A stretch of DNA of 42,391 bases, taken from Nemertoderma westbladi (Eukaryota; Animalia; Xenacoelomorpha). The number at the start of each line of letters is the position of its first letter. The first letter of the stretch is position 1. Under the pieces are notes generated by a model, which did no database searches, was not told where the DNA came from, and saw only the letters and a program-made list of their open reading frames with translations. Made by a program: the position numbers and the translations under genes. The stretch lies in contig JAUCBJ010000197.1 of NCBI GenBank assembly GCA_032718475.1, positions 1 to 42,391 on the forward strand, in the 5' to 3' direction. This document shows positions 23,106-32,338 of the stretch, one piece after another.

Positions 23106-24818
23106 GTGCTTCCCAAGTTCGACCTTATTCATCGTCCAGTATGTTTATATTACAGAGCTCCTCAAGAGAAAGGCTTTACATATTCATATGAAGCAAAAAC
23201 TTCTGAGAAGAAAGACTTAATGCAGAATCCAAAAACAACCGTGCTCTTCGGTCAATGTACCGAGTTAAATGTTGCAGAAAGAATTGGTTTTATAAAACCG
23301 CTTATAAATGATTTTACACTTGGTGATCATACAATATTTAAATTCGATATGTCAAAAATTCATATTGATGGTTACCAAGATTGCTTGAAGGAGGGTCAAT
23401 TTGTTATATTTGGTTTAATATACTCTAAATATTCAGAAGACATCACTGTTATTTGGGTAAGTAGTAGTCCGGGAATATTTGATATCAAACAATGCCTGAA
23501 GGGGGAATTCTTTAAATTTGAATTTGAACATTATGTGGATAGAAAAGATGAGGCTGTGAAAGAAACTAAAAAGTTTTATGTTTCCGACACATACTGTAGA
23601 ATTATAAATAATATATTTCAGTCCTTAGAAAGGAACATACCATATACCGGTTGGTGTGAAATTAACAGATCTGGATTTGATGATGGAATTATAACTCCAA
23701 TAGTGGAAGAACGAAAGCTCTGTGAATGTTATTCTATGTGTCTAAACAAAAACGATATACATATTAATGGATACAAAGAGGGTCTGGAAGAGAGTCAACG
23801 TGTTATATTTGAAGTAAAAGAAAGTAAATGTTATGATCCAAAGTATTTTTATGAAGCCAAATGGGTTAGTCTTCCAGGAAAATACAACTGTGTACATGGT
23901 AAATCATATACAATCCATAACATAAGAGAAAAAAAGTCTTATAGTGGTCGGTGCGGCATAAGTTATACATGTGATTCTTTTGATGGGTGTATAAGTCCAA
24001 TTTTAAATGGAAAGGAACTTTGCACATGTCATGATATACTATATCACAAAAGAAATGTTCATGTCAGAAATCGTCGCATTGAAAATCTAAATGGTAAACA
24101 GGTTTTATTTCAATACAAAAAATGTACCGGATTGCGTGTTGCGACATGTGTTACATTAGACGGTGATGATAATTGCGTGGTGGCTCGAAGAATTAACATG
24201 AAGGTGGTGAACAATGCAGACAATCCTGAACCATTTGAAATGGCGAAGTATCTTGATTATGTACAAGAAGTAGGCAAAACTTATAATGGAAATATTCGGA
24301 GATATGCTCGAGTCGGATTTCCGTATATAGTACAAATAGTAAATGGAGAGGAACTTTGTAGTTGTTATGATGTTAGTATTAAAGGTCGAGTCATTCATAT
24401 TAACGGAAACAATGATTTTAATAAGGATAACGACCAACTTGTACAATTCCAATTATTAGAGTCCAAAATCAACAAGGAGCGACAAGCATCGATCGTTACC
24501 AGGGAGGGAGACACCGGTTGTAAGGCCGCCCGGATGCTAAACAATTTGAAAGGAGAAGATGCTTACTGCTTGCGTCCATCTCAAACATATAATGGCCGAT
24601 GTAGCTACTATGATAGAGAAACCGGACATGGGTACATAACGCCATATATCGAAAACGTTGAACTGTGTAGTTGTTACAGGATAAGAGTTGATACTAACAA
24701 AAATTTCGAAATAAATCATGGATTGATACTGGAAATGTACAAAAAAGAAAAAAAATTTACATTTCAATTCGAAGATGATAAAACATGGACTAGATTAGCT
24801 ACTATATTAAACTACTAG
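23106..24818 (+). CDS. Protein with five tandem divergent cold-shock (Lin28/Y-box-like OB-fold) domains
   Basis: 570-codon stop-free frame in AT-rich DNA. ~100-aa repeats: Y/F-x-G-x-C...G-F/Y/I-I-x-P...LCxC...IHIxGY..L.E...V.F...V-S/T...G..C. These resemble the Lin28 CSD (GxCKWFN..GFGF..SKLHMEGFRSLKEGE.VEF..VTGPGG..C). First ATG at 23220; possible splice acceptor at 23154-23155. Confidence 0.75.
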   Translation: MLPKFDLIHRPVCLYYRAPQEKGFTYSYEAKTSEKKDLMQNPKTTVLFGQCTELNVAERIGFIKPLINDFTLGDHTIFKFDMSKIHIDGYQDCLKEGQFVIFGLIYSKYSEDITVIWVSSSPGIFDIKQCLKGEFFKFEFEHYVDRKDEAVKETKKFYVSDTYCRIINNIFQSLERNIPYTGWCEINRSGFDDGIITPIVEERKLCECYSMCLNKNDIHINGYKEGLEESQRVIFEVKESKCYDPKYFYEAKWVSLPGKYNCVHGKSYTIHNIREKKSYSGRCGISYTCDSFDGCISPILNGKELCTCHDILYHKRNVHVRNRRIENLNGKQVLFQYKKCTGLRVATCVTLDGDDNCVVARRINMKVVNNADNPEPFEMAKYLDYVQEVGKTYNGNIRRYARVGFPYIVQIVNGEELCSCYDVSIKGRVIHINGNNDFNKDNDQLVQFQLLESKINKERQASIVTREGDTGCKAARMLNNLKGEDAYCLRPSQTYNGRCSYYDRETGHGYITPYIENVELCSCYRIRVDTNKNFEINHGLILEMYKKEKKFTFQFEDDKTWTRLATILNY

Positions 24819-24828
24819 CGAAGTTTAA

Positions 24829-25539
24829 GGGGGGGGGTACACCATTTTGGTCCAAAATATGTCGAAATTTTTTTTATGGTCTATTATAATGCACCATTGA
24901 ATGGTGTTTCCAAATCTGAAAACCGCAATTTAATAGCTCTTTTAGTTTTTAAGTTATGTAAATTTCCATTTAGGGAATCCTATTGAAATTACTATTACTA
25001 TGTATAATAAAAGGTCGATTATCTCCAAATATTTTTTTCATGAAATTGTCAACTTCAAAACCCTACTACTTCTACAATTTTTGAGTAATTAGTCTGAAAC
25101 TTCCTGTGGGTGTCTAGATAGCCACCCTGCATAAAAGTATCAGGCAACTTTTCGAAATTTTTTGTTAATAAAATTTAATGCTATTTATAAAAAACCTAAA
25201 AATTTGCATAAATTTGCAGCGCCACCTAGCGGTGCAGAATTATTTTAACAAAATTTCGCCTGATAGTTATGTTGCCCCATCTTTGATCTATCATATAAAA
25301 AAACTTTCATGTGATTAGAATCAAAACTGTAAAAGCCTTAGGGTTTTACGCGCAACCAAGTTTTTTTTATTGTTAACTAGTATTAACTAATATTAAATAG
25401 CGGAAAAATTTTTTTTCTGACCTGTCATGTAGAATAGCATCTTAGGCACCTATAAGCCAAATTTTAGCCAAAACCAAACAATTTTGAAACGCTGAGAGTG
25501 ACAAATCGAAGAGTTGACCGAAAATGGTGTACCCCCCCC
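24829..25539. mobile_element. Kolobok-type non-autonomous DNA transposon (711 bp)
   Basis: TIRs GGGGGGGGTACACCATTTT..GTC and GAC..AAAATGGTGTACCCCCCCC. TTAA TSD at 24825-24828 and 25540-25543. RR...YY termini with TTAA indicate Kolobok rather than piggyBac. Confidence 0.85.
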
Positions 25540-26714
25540 TTAAAACAAATATCATAAACAAACTATTACAACTAAACTATTAATAAGCAACAACTCTAAA
25601 TGAAACATTAATTAATAATACTGAAAATAGTAGTAATCGTCGAGGCACATCATTTTGTTATTTTCGAATAAACATTGATGCAGATGATAATGTGATGTAT
25701 TATAAATATCGCAAACCTATCAAACTGCAATCACAAGATTGAATTTGTGTATCAAAATTATAAAATTCCGGCTCTGAAACCTACTTATTACGCATTTGGC
25801 AATAATCTCGTTTGTTGTTTTGAATAGAATAAGTAGTAACTGAAATATGACAAGAGAAAATGTTCGCCACAATCGCTCTATATCCTGAGTCCGTAGTCCG
25901 TACCAGTGATAAACTCCTCTCCCCTGTCAACATTTTTTATCAGAACGCTCCTAAAATTTTAACAGGATTTGTTCAACCTATAGTGACCAACTTGGAAAAC
26001 AGAAATTTCAATATATTGCTAATACCGCTTCGCGCAGCACGTCACAAACTCAAGAGTTCTTATATTTTTTGCAAAAAATCTAATTTTAAAATGAGCGACA
26101 TTTACTCAATTTTCATTAAATATTACTGAAATTCGATATCCAGACAGTCCAGCATAGGTACTTAATAATGATGTTAAAAACATTTGTCATGAGAGATCGA
26201 TTTTCCCTTCGTGCAGCACGTGAGAAAAAATATTGTCCCAATGTATATTTTTCATGTAGTACGCACTTCTCCTGCAGTCCTGAGGTGGACTACACACAAC
26301 ACATAAATCATATGTCCAGTACATTATGCAATGGATATGGAGGGTATGTCTACTGTAATTACTGCTGTAGCTGTACAGCATTCCGTACCGTTACCTATCA
26401 GGCTCTCTGTACTTTAGGCCTGTACAGTACTTTGTCTTTGTAGCATGGTAGCCTACCACCTACCGTTACACTGGGCTACCGCATCCAACCTATTGAATAT
26501 TGACCTTGATATAAAGTGAGTCTTTAAAGGTACAGAGGTAACTGCGCTCGCAGTAAGGAACCACAAGATCACTCTAGTGGCATGTCTCCGGGTTGCGAAA
26601 ACTATATATATTATATATATATTATATAATATAATATAATATATATTATTTTCGGTTTATTAAACTAAAATCAACATAAAATTTTTAAATATCATCATAT
26701 ATAGTTTAAAATAG

Positions 26715-26870
26715 TTATTAAAGTGTTTTATCAAGGGCATAGATAAATAGCCAGAACAGCAGAATGGTAACTAAAAGTATAAGTGTTTCCCCGCAGGCAT
26801 AGATAAATAGCCAGAATGGTAATTAAAAGCATAATAAGTAAAGTAATTCACCACGGGCATAGGGAAAATC
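26715..26870. repeat. ~60-bp degenerate tandem repeat, ~3 copies
   Basis: GGCATAGATAAATAGCCAGAA...TGGTAA-TAAAAG is repeated. Confidence 0.75.
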
Positions 26871-26998
26871 GACAAAAAAATTGCTCCCACATTATGAACA
26901 CTATGAATATAATAAGTGTATAAGTTTCCTCTCCATACTGAGGCATCAACTCATGGCATACACAACAACTGAAAACTCTGAATATTGAATACTCTTGT

Positions 26999-28212
26999 TG
27001 TAAAAGCTTTTGTGGGATAACTGATACGTTTGCCTTTGCTGGCCAGTTCCCCCCCAGTCGCTAGAATACTCTCAAAGGGATTTATAACTAAAATAGTGCA
27101 AGCTACCAGCTTATTGGCTGATGTGCTGTACGGAGATATCTGGGCTCAGTTTAATCGGCCAACTAGCTTAGAGAGGTTGCCTTAGCCTTGCTGTTCGTGT
27201 CGGCCAATAGAATTTGCGTAGGCGTTGATTTCGACCTATCCCAGCGCTACTGAACTGAATTTCCTATCTCTATGCTCATCCTCTGTGTTGAACGGGGCTT
27301 CGTGGAATAAGAGTTTTTGGTATACTCGTATAGTGGTAGTAGTCATATGATTTTATATGATTCTGTTGTTGTGTTCCCATTTTCGCCATAACACCGGCTT
27401 TTGGGAAGAACTCTAGTAAAACTGCTTAAATTATCGAAAGTATAAACTGTTACCTAACTCACGAATCCTAACTAACTAACGCATCTTAACATACTCACTT
27501 AATTTAACTGCATTAATCATATTGTTTGTACTGTTATTTTACTGTCAGTTATTAATTGTACCTATTTGTTGATGGAAATATTGCTCTTTGGATAATACGG
27601 ATAAATCACCCAAATTTCCCAATTTTCTTGATACACTACAGGTTAGAGAGGCGGGCTATATATAACAATTGCGATTTATATTAATGTGGTGTGTATTGAA
27701 TCTAATGTTATTTAGCAGACCCTACATGAGTCAATTACTGCTCTCTTTATGTGTGATCAAATGTACTGACGGTCGGCAGAATAGTGTGCATGATTGTGAT
27801 TGGTAACAAAGCATTTCCTAAAGAATGCGCTTTATACTTTAATCATAAGCAGTATCGTTGCGTTTAGTATAAGTCCTAGTTCTGTTTAAATAGATAGAGC
27901 GCCACGTCCTAAAGGAACTGTTAATATTTCCCGAAAGCCAATAATATCTGTCAGAAATTAATTATTAACGATCTATCGAATAATACAGTAAGTTTACACT
28001 GCAACCTTACACTGCAATAATAAAATTTAAGCATCCGAATTCAGCCTCCCGGGTGTAGATCCATCGGGTGAATGATCGCGCATGGGCTGACTTCGGCTAA
28101 TGTTTTGTGTATTAGCATAAAATATTGTCGTATGCTAAAGGTGTTTTAATTAACTAAAAGACATATAAATTTTGGCAGGTTAAACTGCTAAAGGTCTTCA
28201 AAAGCGCGAACA
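26999..28212 (+). repeat. 5' LTR of copy B
   Basis: Direct repeat of 37292-38505. I found one difference by eye (G27349 versus A37642). AATAAA at ~28019. Confidence 0.98.
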
Positions 28213-28225
28213 GTAACAGTTTATA
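28213..28225 (+). promoter_or_regulatory. Non-tRNA primer-binding site candidate, complementary to LTR 27441-27453
   Basis: GTAACAGTTTATA abuts the LTR end and lacks the TGG that pairs with tRNA CCA. It is the exact reverse complement of TATAAACTGTTAC at 27441-27453. Confidence 0.65.
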
Positions 28226-29992
28226 ATCTTATTGCAGTAGGCAATAAGGTTGCAAAATACCGTAGTGACCGGTAAACCTGAACCGGTACTTCTGTAGGTC
28301 TGTAGGCCCAACTGTCCTAACCGGTACTGCTGTATAAGTACATTAGTATTATTCGATCTTGATTATTGTATACCGGTAGGTCTCGATATTAAATCGGGGA
28401 CGCCTGGTTTTTATTGGGATTTTACTTAGGTCTATTTCTGTCAGTTTTATTTCCTAGTAGGCTAATATTGAGCAGAAGGCGTGTGACCCTGCTCAGATTG
28501 TTCAGATAATTGTAGGCTGAGCTGCTGTCTGACTGTTGTTGAGTTTGGAGAGATTACGGCGTGTGTAGAGTTGGTCTGATAAAGTGCCGTTAGTAAGTTG
28601 GGGCAGCCATATGCGGTAAGGTCAATCCCCTCTTAAAGAGTAAGTCGTACTACCGTGTTAGAACGCATACTAACTAACAGTTTCAGAATCTGCACATACT
28701 GTAGTTTGTTTAGGCTTGATAGTAGTCTGCCAGCGTTTGGTTTGTATTTTGTTTGAGTATTCTGTACGGGTAGCGTAATATTTATTATTCAGAGTTTATG
28801 CGATTATTCGCAACATTCATGTCCCCAAAGTTTATTCCTACAGTAATTGTGCTTGTTATACATACCGTTATAGTTAAACTAACCCCGGTACTACATCAGG
28901 GCTGCTCGGCGTAGGTAAAGACTGGAGATTTTGTGCTTCGGTCACTCCAGCAGATGCCGTGGTTCTTTTAACTGTTCAAGTATATTTAACTACTGATTAT
29001 TTGTTATACCGGTACTTGTACCTAATTTAGGGTTTAGTGTACAGTGCTTTCCGAAGTAATTAGTGTAGGCAGTATATTTGTGTTGTAAAGTGGTTGATAG
29101 GCACATTCGTTAGCTCTATTAGCTTCTGGGTAGGAACAATCCGTGATACATAACGTAGTACCTATAGCGATACGGTTATAGGTCGTCAGGCGGTGGTATT
29201 TTCCTATCTGGACAACGCAGTGTATTTACTACTACTTATTATTTTCAAATACCGTAGTACCCTGTTCGTTGTAATAACCAGAATTCTAACCCTTTGTTGG
29301 GCTGGTTTGTAGACTTCCTGTAAAATTACCCTAAAAAATTTCGTACGTAATATTTTTGTTGTGTTTAACTAGAGATTTAATCTCACCCGTATTGTAAGTA
29401 ATTTGTAGTATTAAGTAACTTAGGTAAATTAGAATTATCTGTTTTAGTGTCCCATAGGTAGCACTTCACTGAGAGCGCACAGCTTCTGTGTAGTGACTCC
29501 CCCAGAAATAATAACATTTATTTCAAATATTGACAAAAACCCATTTAAACGGGTATATAAATATTATAAATCAACTCAAACGATTTATAAATAGTAGGCC
29601 TGTCATACAACAACTAGGTCTCACTATCAGTTGGACTACTGCTTAAATAACGGTAATAAAGTAAGTTAAAGTAACCAAGTAACCCTAAAATATTCAGAAA
29701 TTCAATTATTCTAAAAAAAATAATTGACATACCGGTACTTACCATAGGCTTATTATATATATTTATATATATTTGTGCTAAAATTATATACCGGTACTCT
29801 GTGACAAATCTAGTCTGTAATAATACTTATATATATACTATAAGCATACCGGTATTCTAATATATTATATATATATCACGCTACACTGAGTAGCAGTATC
29901 GGTAATTAATTGTTAGGCTAACGGTGATACTGAATTACTAGACTTACTTTGACTGTATTTATAGCCGTAGGCATTCAACTGTGTAAACAAAC

Positions 29993-32329
29993 ATGTCAGA
30001 CGCAACCCAATCACTGTCAGATAGTGTCTTAGAAAGTGTTAGAATGAGTATTAGACTTAGACAGCGTATTAAAAGGATCTGTGACCAAGATCAAAGTATA
30101 GAACATCCCAGATCCAAGTCTAAGTCACCTACTATTGAAAGAAAGGCCACCCCTACAGTAGTAGTGTCAGACCCTAGGCTAGTAGAACAGCGTAGGTCTA
30201 TCATCGGCACTTGCGCCCAAGTCAAGCGGGATCAAGAAGCAGCTGTCAAACCGCAGCAACATCCTAGCCAAGAACCTAGTTCTCAGCGTCCCGATAGCTC
30301 CAGTAGTTCGGATACTGCTGAGCGGACACCCGAACGCGGAGCGAAGATGGCGGATACGGTTTATGATGAGCAGCCAACCTATGAAGAATCAGCCGACGCC
30401 ACTTCTTCTCAAGTGGAAAGCGAAGTGGAAAGCGAATTAATGGCCGCAGAGAAGCTGCGAACTAGAGACGCCATTGACATATATCTGTCAGACTATCAGC
30501 GATTCATAGGAGACGAAGAGTTGAGGAGACGACTGTCTGGACTTCGCCCTAATAGTGAAGGAACCAAGCTTGTGTTGGACGCAATCGATGCGGAAATGTT
30601 AGCTGCAGAACAAGCTAAATGTGATGAAAAACTCCGCCTCGTTAGAGTCCAAGAAGAACAAATAAAGAAAAAACAGATAGAGAACCGAAAGGCAGCAGCA
30701 GTAAAGGCGGCAGAAGCAGAAGCAGCAAAGGCGGCGGCAGAAGTAGAAGCAGAAAGAAAGGCAGCGGATGTAGAAGCAAAAGGAAAGGCAGCGGTAGCAG
30801 AAGCAGAAAGAAAGGCGGCAGCGGCAATGGCAAAGGCAGTGGCAGAAGCAGAACGGAGAGCGTCTGAGGAGACTGCCCAACTGGAGTTGGAAAATCTGCA
30901 AGAGACGCAAGACTACATAAATAAACATCTAACTGCTAGTCGAATGCAGAGGATGAGACGATCTACTCCAAAACGCCAAGGATACACATCATCGGAGGAA
31001 AGCGAGACCACCGATCCTGAAGGCGGAGGAAATAGATCTCATCTAAGTAGGCGTAGAAAAACATCTTACCGTCGCAAATTGCCTGATTTGCCCCCAGCTG
31101 TTAAAAGACAGCTAACTAGCACAGACTTAGGTAGTGCAGAAACCATAGAACAATTTATCCAGGTCAAAAGACTCCCTACTATAGTCGATGAACCTGAAAT
31201 AATTAGGCCTGTTGTTCCCAAAGTCACTTCTGTGCTAGAGACCCCTGCACTTCCAGAGCTTAACTCTAAATTCCCTTTACATAGTACTACACTGCCTGTA
31301 CCCGGTGGAACAGTCCAAGAGAATACCCCTGTCCAGATAGCAGAGAGAGAAATCAATAATTTGTCTCCCGTCGTCCCGCGTCAGCCCGCTACTATGTTGG
31401 CGACTCCCGCTTCGGCGGTTGAGTGGGTGGAAGAGGGACGGCGGGGGATGAATCTCCTGCTGGGACAGATGCAGGAGACTGTCCACCAACTTAAGGGAAC
31501 AGTGAGGGAAGGTAGAGCAGAGTTGCAAGAGGTGCAGCAAAGTATCGCACTAGAACGCGACAAATTAGTCAATATCCAAAAGGGCATACCAATACCCCCT
31601 GTAACATTGTGTCAACCTGTTAGGTCTGAAGTATTACATGCGCAAGGTGTGGAGCCTACACGCATCTATACTGCTAGTGAAGTTGAAACTCCTATAGCAA
31701 ACCCTATTAAGGGTGATTATAGACCTGTTATTAATGATATTCCCTATAGACCTGATAATGATCCGAGAAATTTATATACCGATAATTCGATATTAAATAA
31801 CACGATGGCCCAAGAAAGCTTTACGCGTCAGATGGCTAGAACAGAAGCCCGCCAAGCGGTCAAAGTGGGAGAAATCGTCAAATTCAATGGAGATGAGATG
31901 AAATGGTTACCTTTCAACGAATATTACAAAGATAGCATACAGAATTCTGTACTATCTAACGGAGAGAAACTTAGATTCCTCATCAAATGTTTGGAAGGAC
32001 CTCCCAAGTTAATGGCGTTAAAGTTTATTGGACATCCAGAAGGATTAAGACAAGTTTGGGATACATTAAACATCAGGTATGGTAACAAGGATAACATAGC
32101 TAAGTATTTGTACGCAAAATTAGTAGCCCCCCGACACTTCCTTAGTAGTGGGATTATAGAGTTTTCCGATGAAATTCAAGAGATCTGTAGACAACTGGAC
32201 TGGTTAGGCAAGTCGCACGAATACCAGAGTTCCATGGTTATTGGAGCCGTAGTCTCTACTTTACCAAAGGGTGGAGTATGTACACGCTGGGACAAGAAAG
32301 TGTTGTACATGAATGAACAACAACGATGA
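29993..32329 (+). CDS. gag: BEL/Pao Gag, N-terminal 778 aa (Ala/Glu/Lys coiled coil + capsid-like DUF1759-type region)
   Basis: KFNGDEMKWLPFNEYY...LSNGEKLRFLIKCLEGPP...WDTLNIRYGN is the BEL gag signature. Ends at a single TGA; the same frame continues. Confidence 0.93.
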   Translation: MSDATQSLSDSVLESVRMSIRLRQRIKRICDQDQSIEHPRSKSKSPTIERKATPTVVVSDPRLVEQRRSIIGTCAQVKRDQEAAVKPQQHPSQEPSSQRPDSSSSSDTAERTPERGAKMADTVYDEQPTYEESADATSSQVESEVESELMAAEKLRTRDAIDIYLSDYQRFIGDEELRRRLSGLRPNSEGTKLVLDAIDAEMLAAEQAKCDEKLRLVRVQEEQIKKKQIENRKAAAVKAAEAEAAKAAAEVEAERKAADVEAKGKAAVAEAERKAAAAMAKAVAEAERRASEETAQLELENLQETQDYINKHLTASRMQRMRRSTPKRQGYTSSEESETTDPEGGGNRSHLSRRRKTSYRRKLPDLPPAVKRQLTSTDLGSAETIEQFIQVKRLPTIVDEPEIIRPVVPKVTSVLETPALPELNSKFPLHSTTLPVPGGTVQENTPVQIAEREINNLSPVVPRQPATMLATPASAVEWVEEGRRGMNLLLGQMQETVHQLKGTVREGRAELQEVQQSIALERDKLVNIQKGIPIPPVTLCQPVRSEVLHAQGVEPTRIYTASEVETPIANPIKGDYRPVINDIPYRPDNDPRNLYTDNSILNNTMAQESFTRQMARTEARQAVKVGEIVKFNGDEMKWLPFNEYYKDSIQNSVLSNGEKLRFLIKCLEGPPKLMALKFIGHPEGLRQVWDTLNIRYGNKDNIAKYLYAKLVAPRHFLSSGIIEFSDEIQEICRQLDWLGKSHEYQSSMVIGAVVSTLPKGGVCTRWDKKVLYMNEQQR

Positions 32330-32338
32330 AGTCCTACC

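Noticed and set aside
24829-25539. piggyBac MITE (TTAA TSD)
   Set aside because: piggyBac ends are CC...GG; these are GG...CC, as in Kolobok.
30599-31587. Antisense ORFs over gag (Cys/Phe- and Leu/Pro-rich)
   Set aside because: Shadows of the low-complexity Ala/Glu/Lys coding strand.
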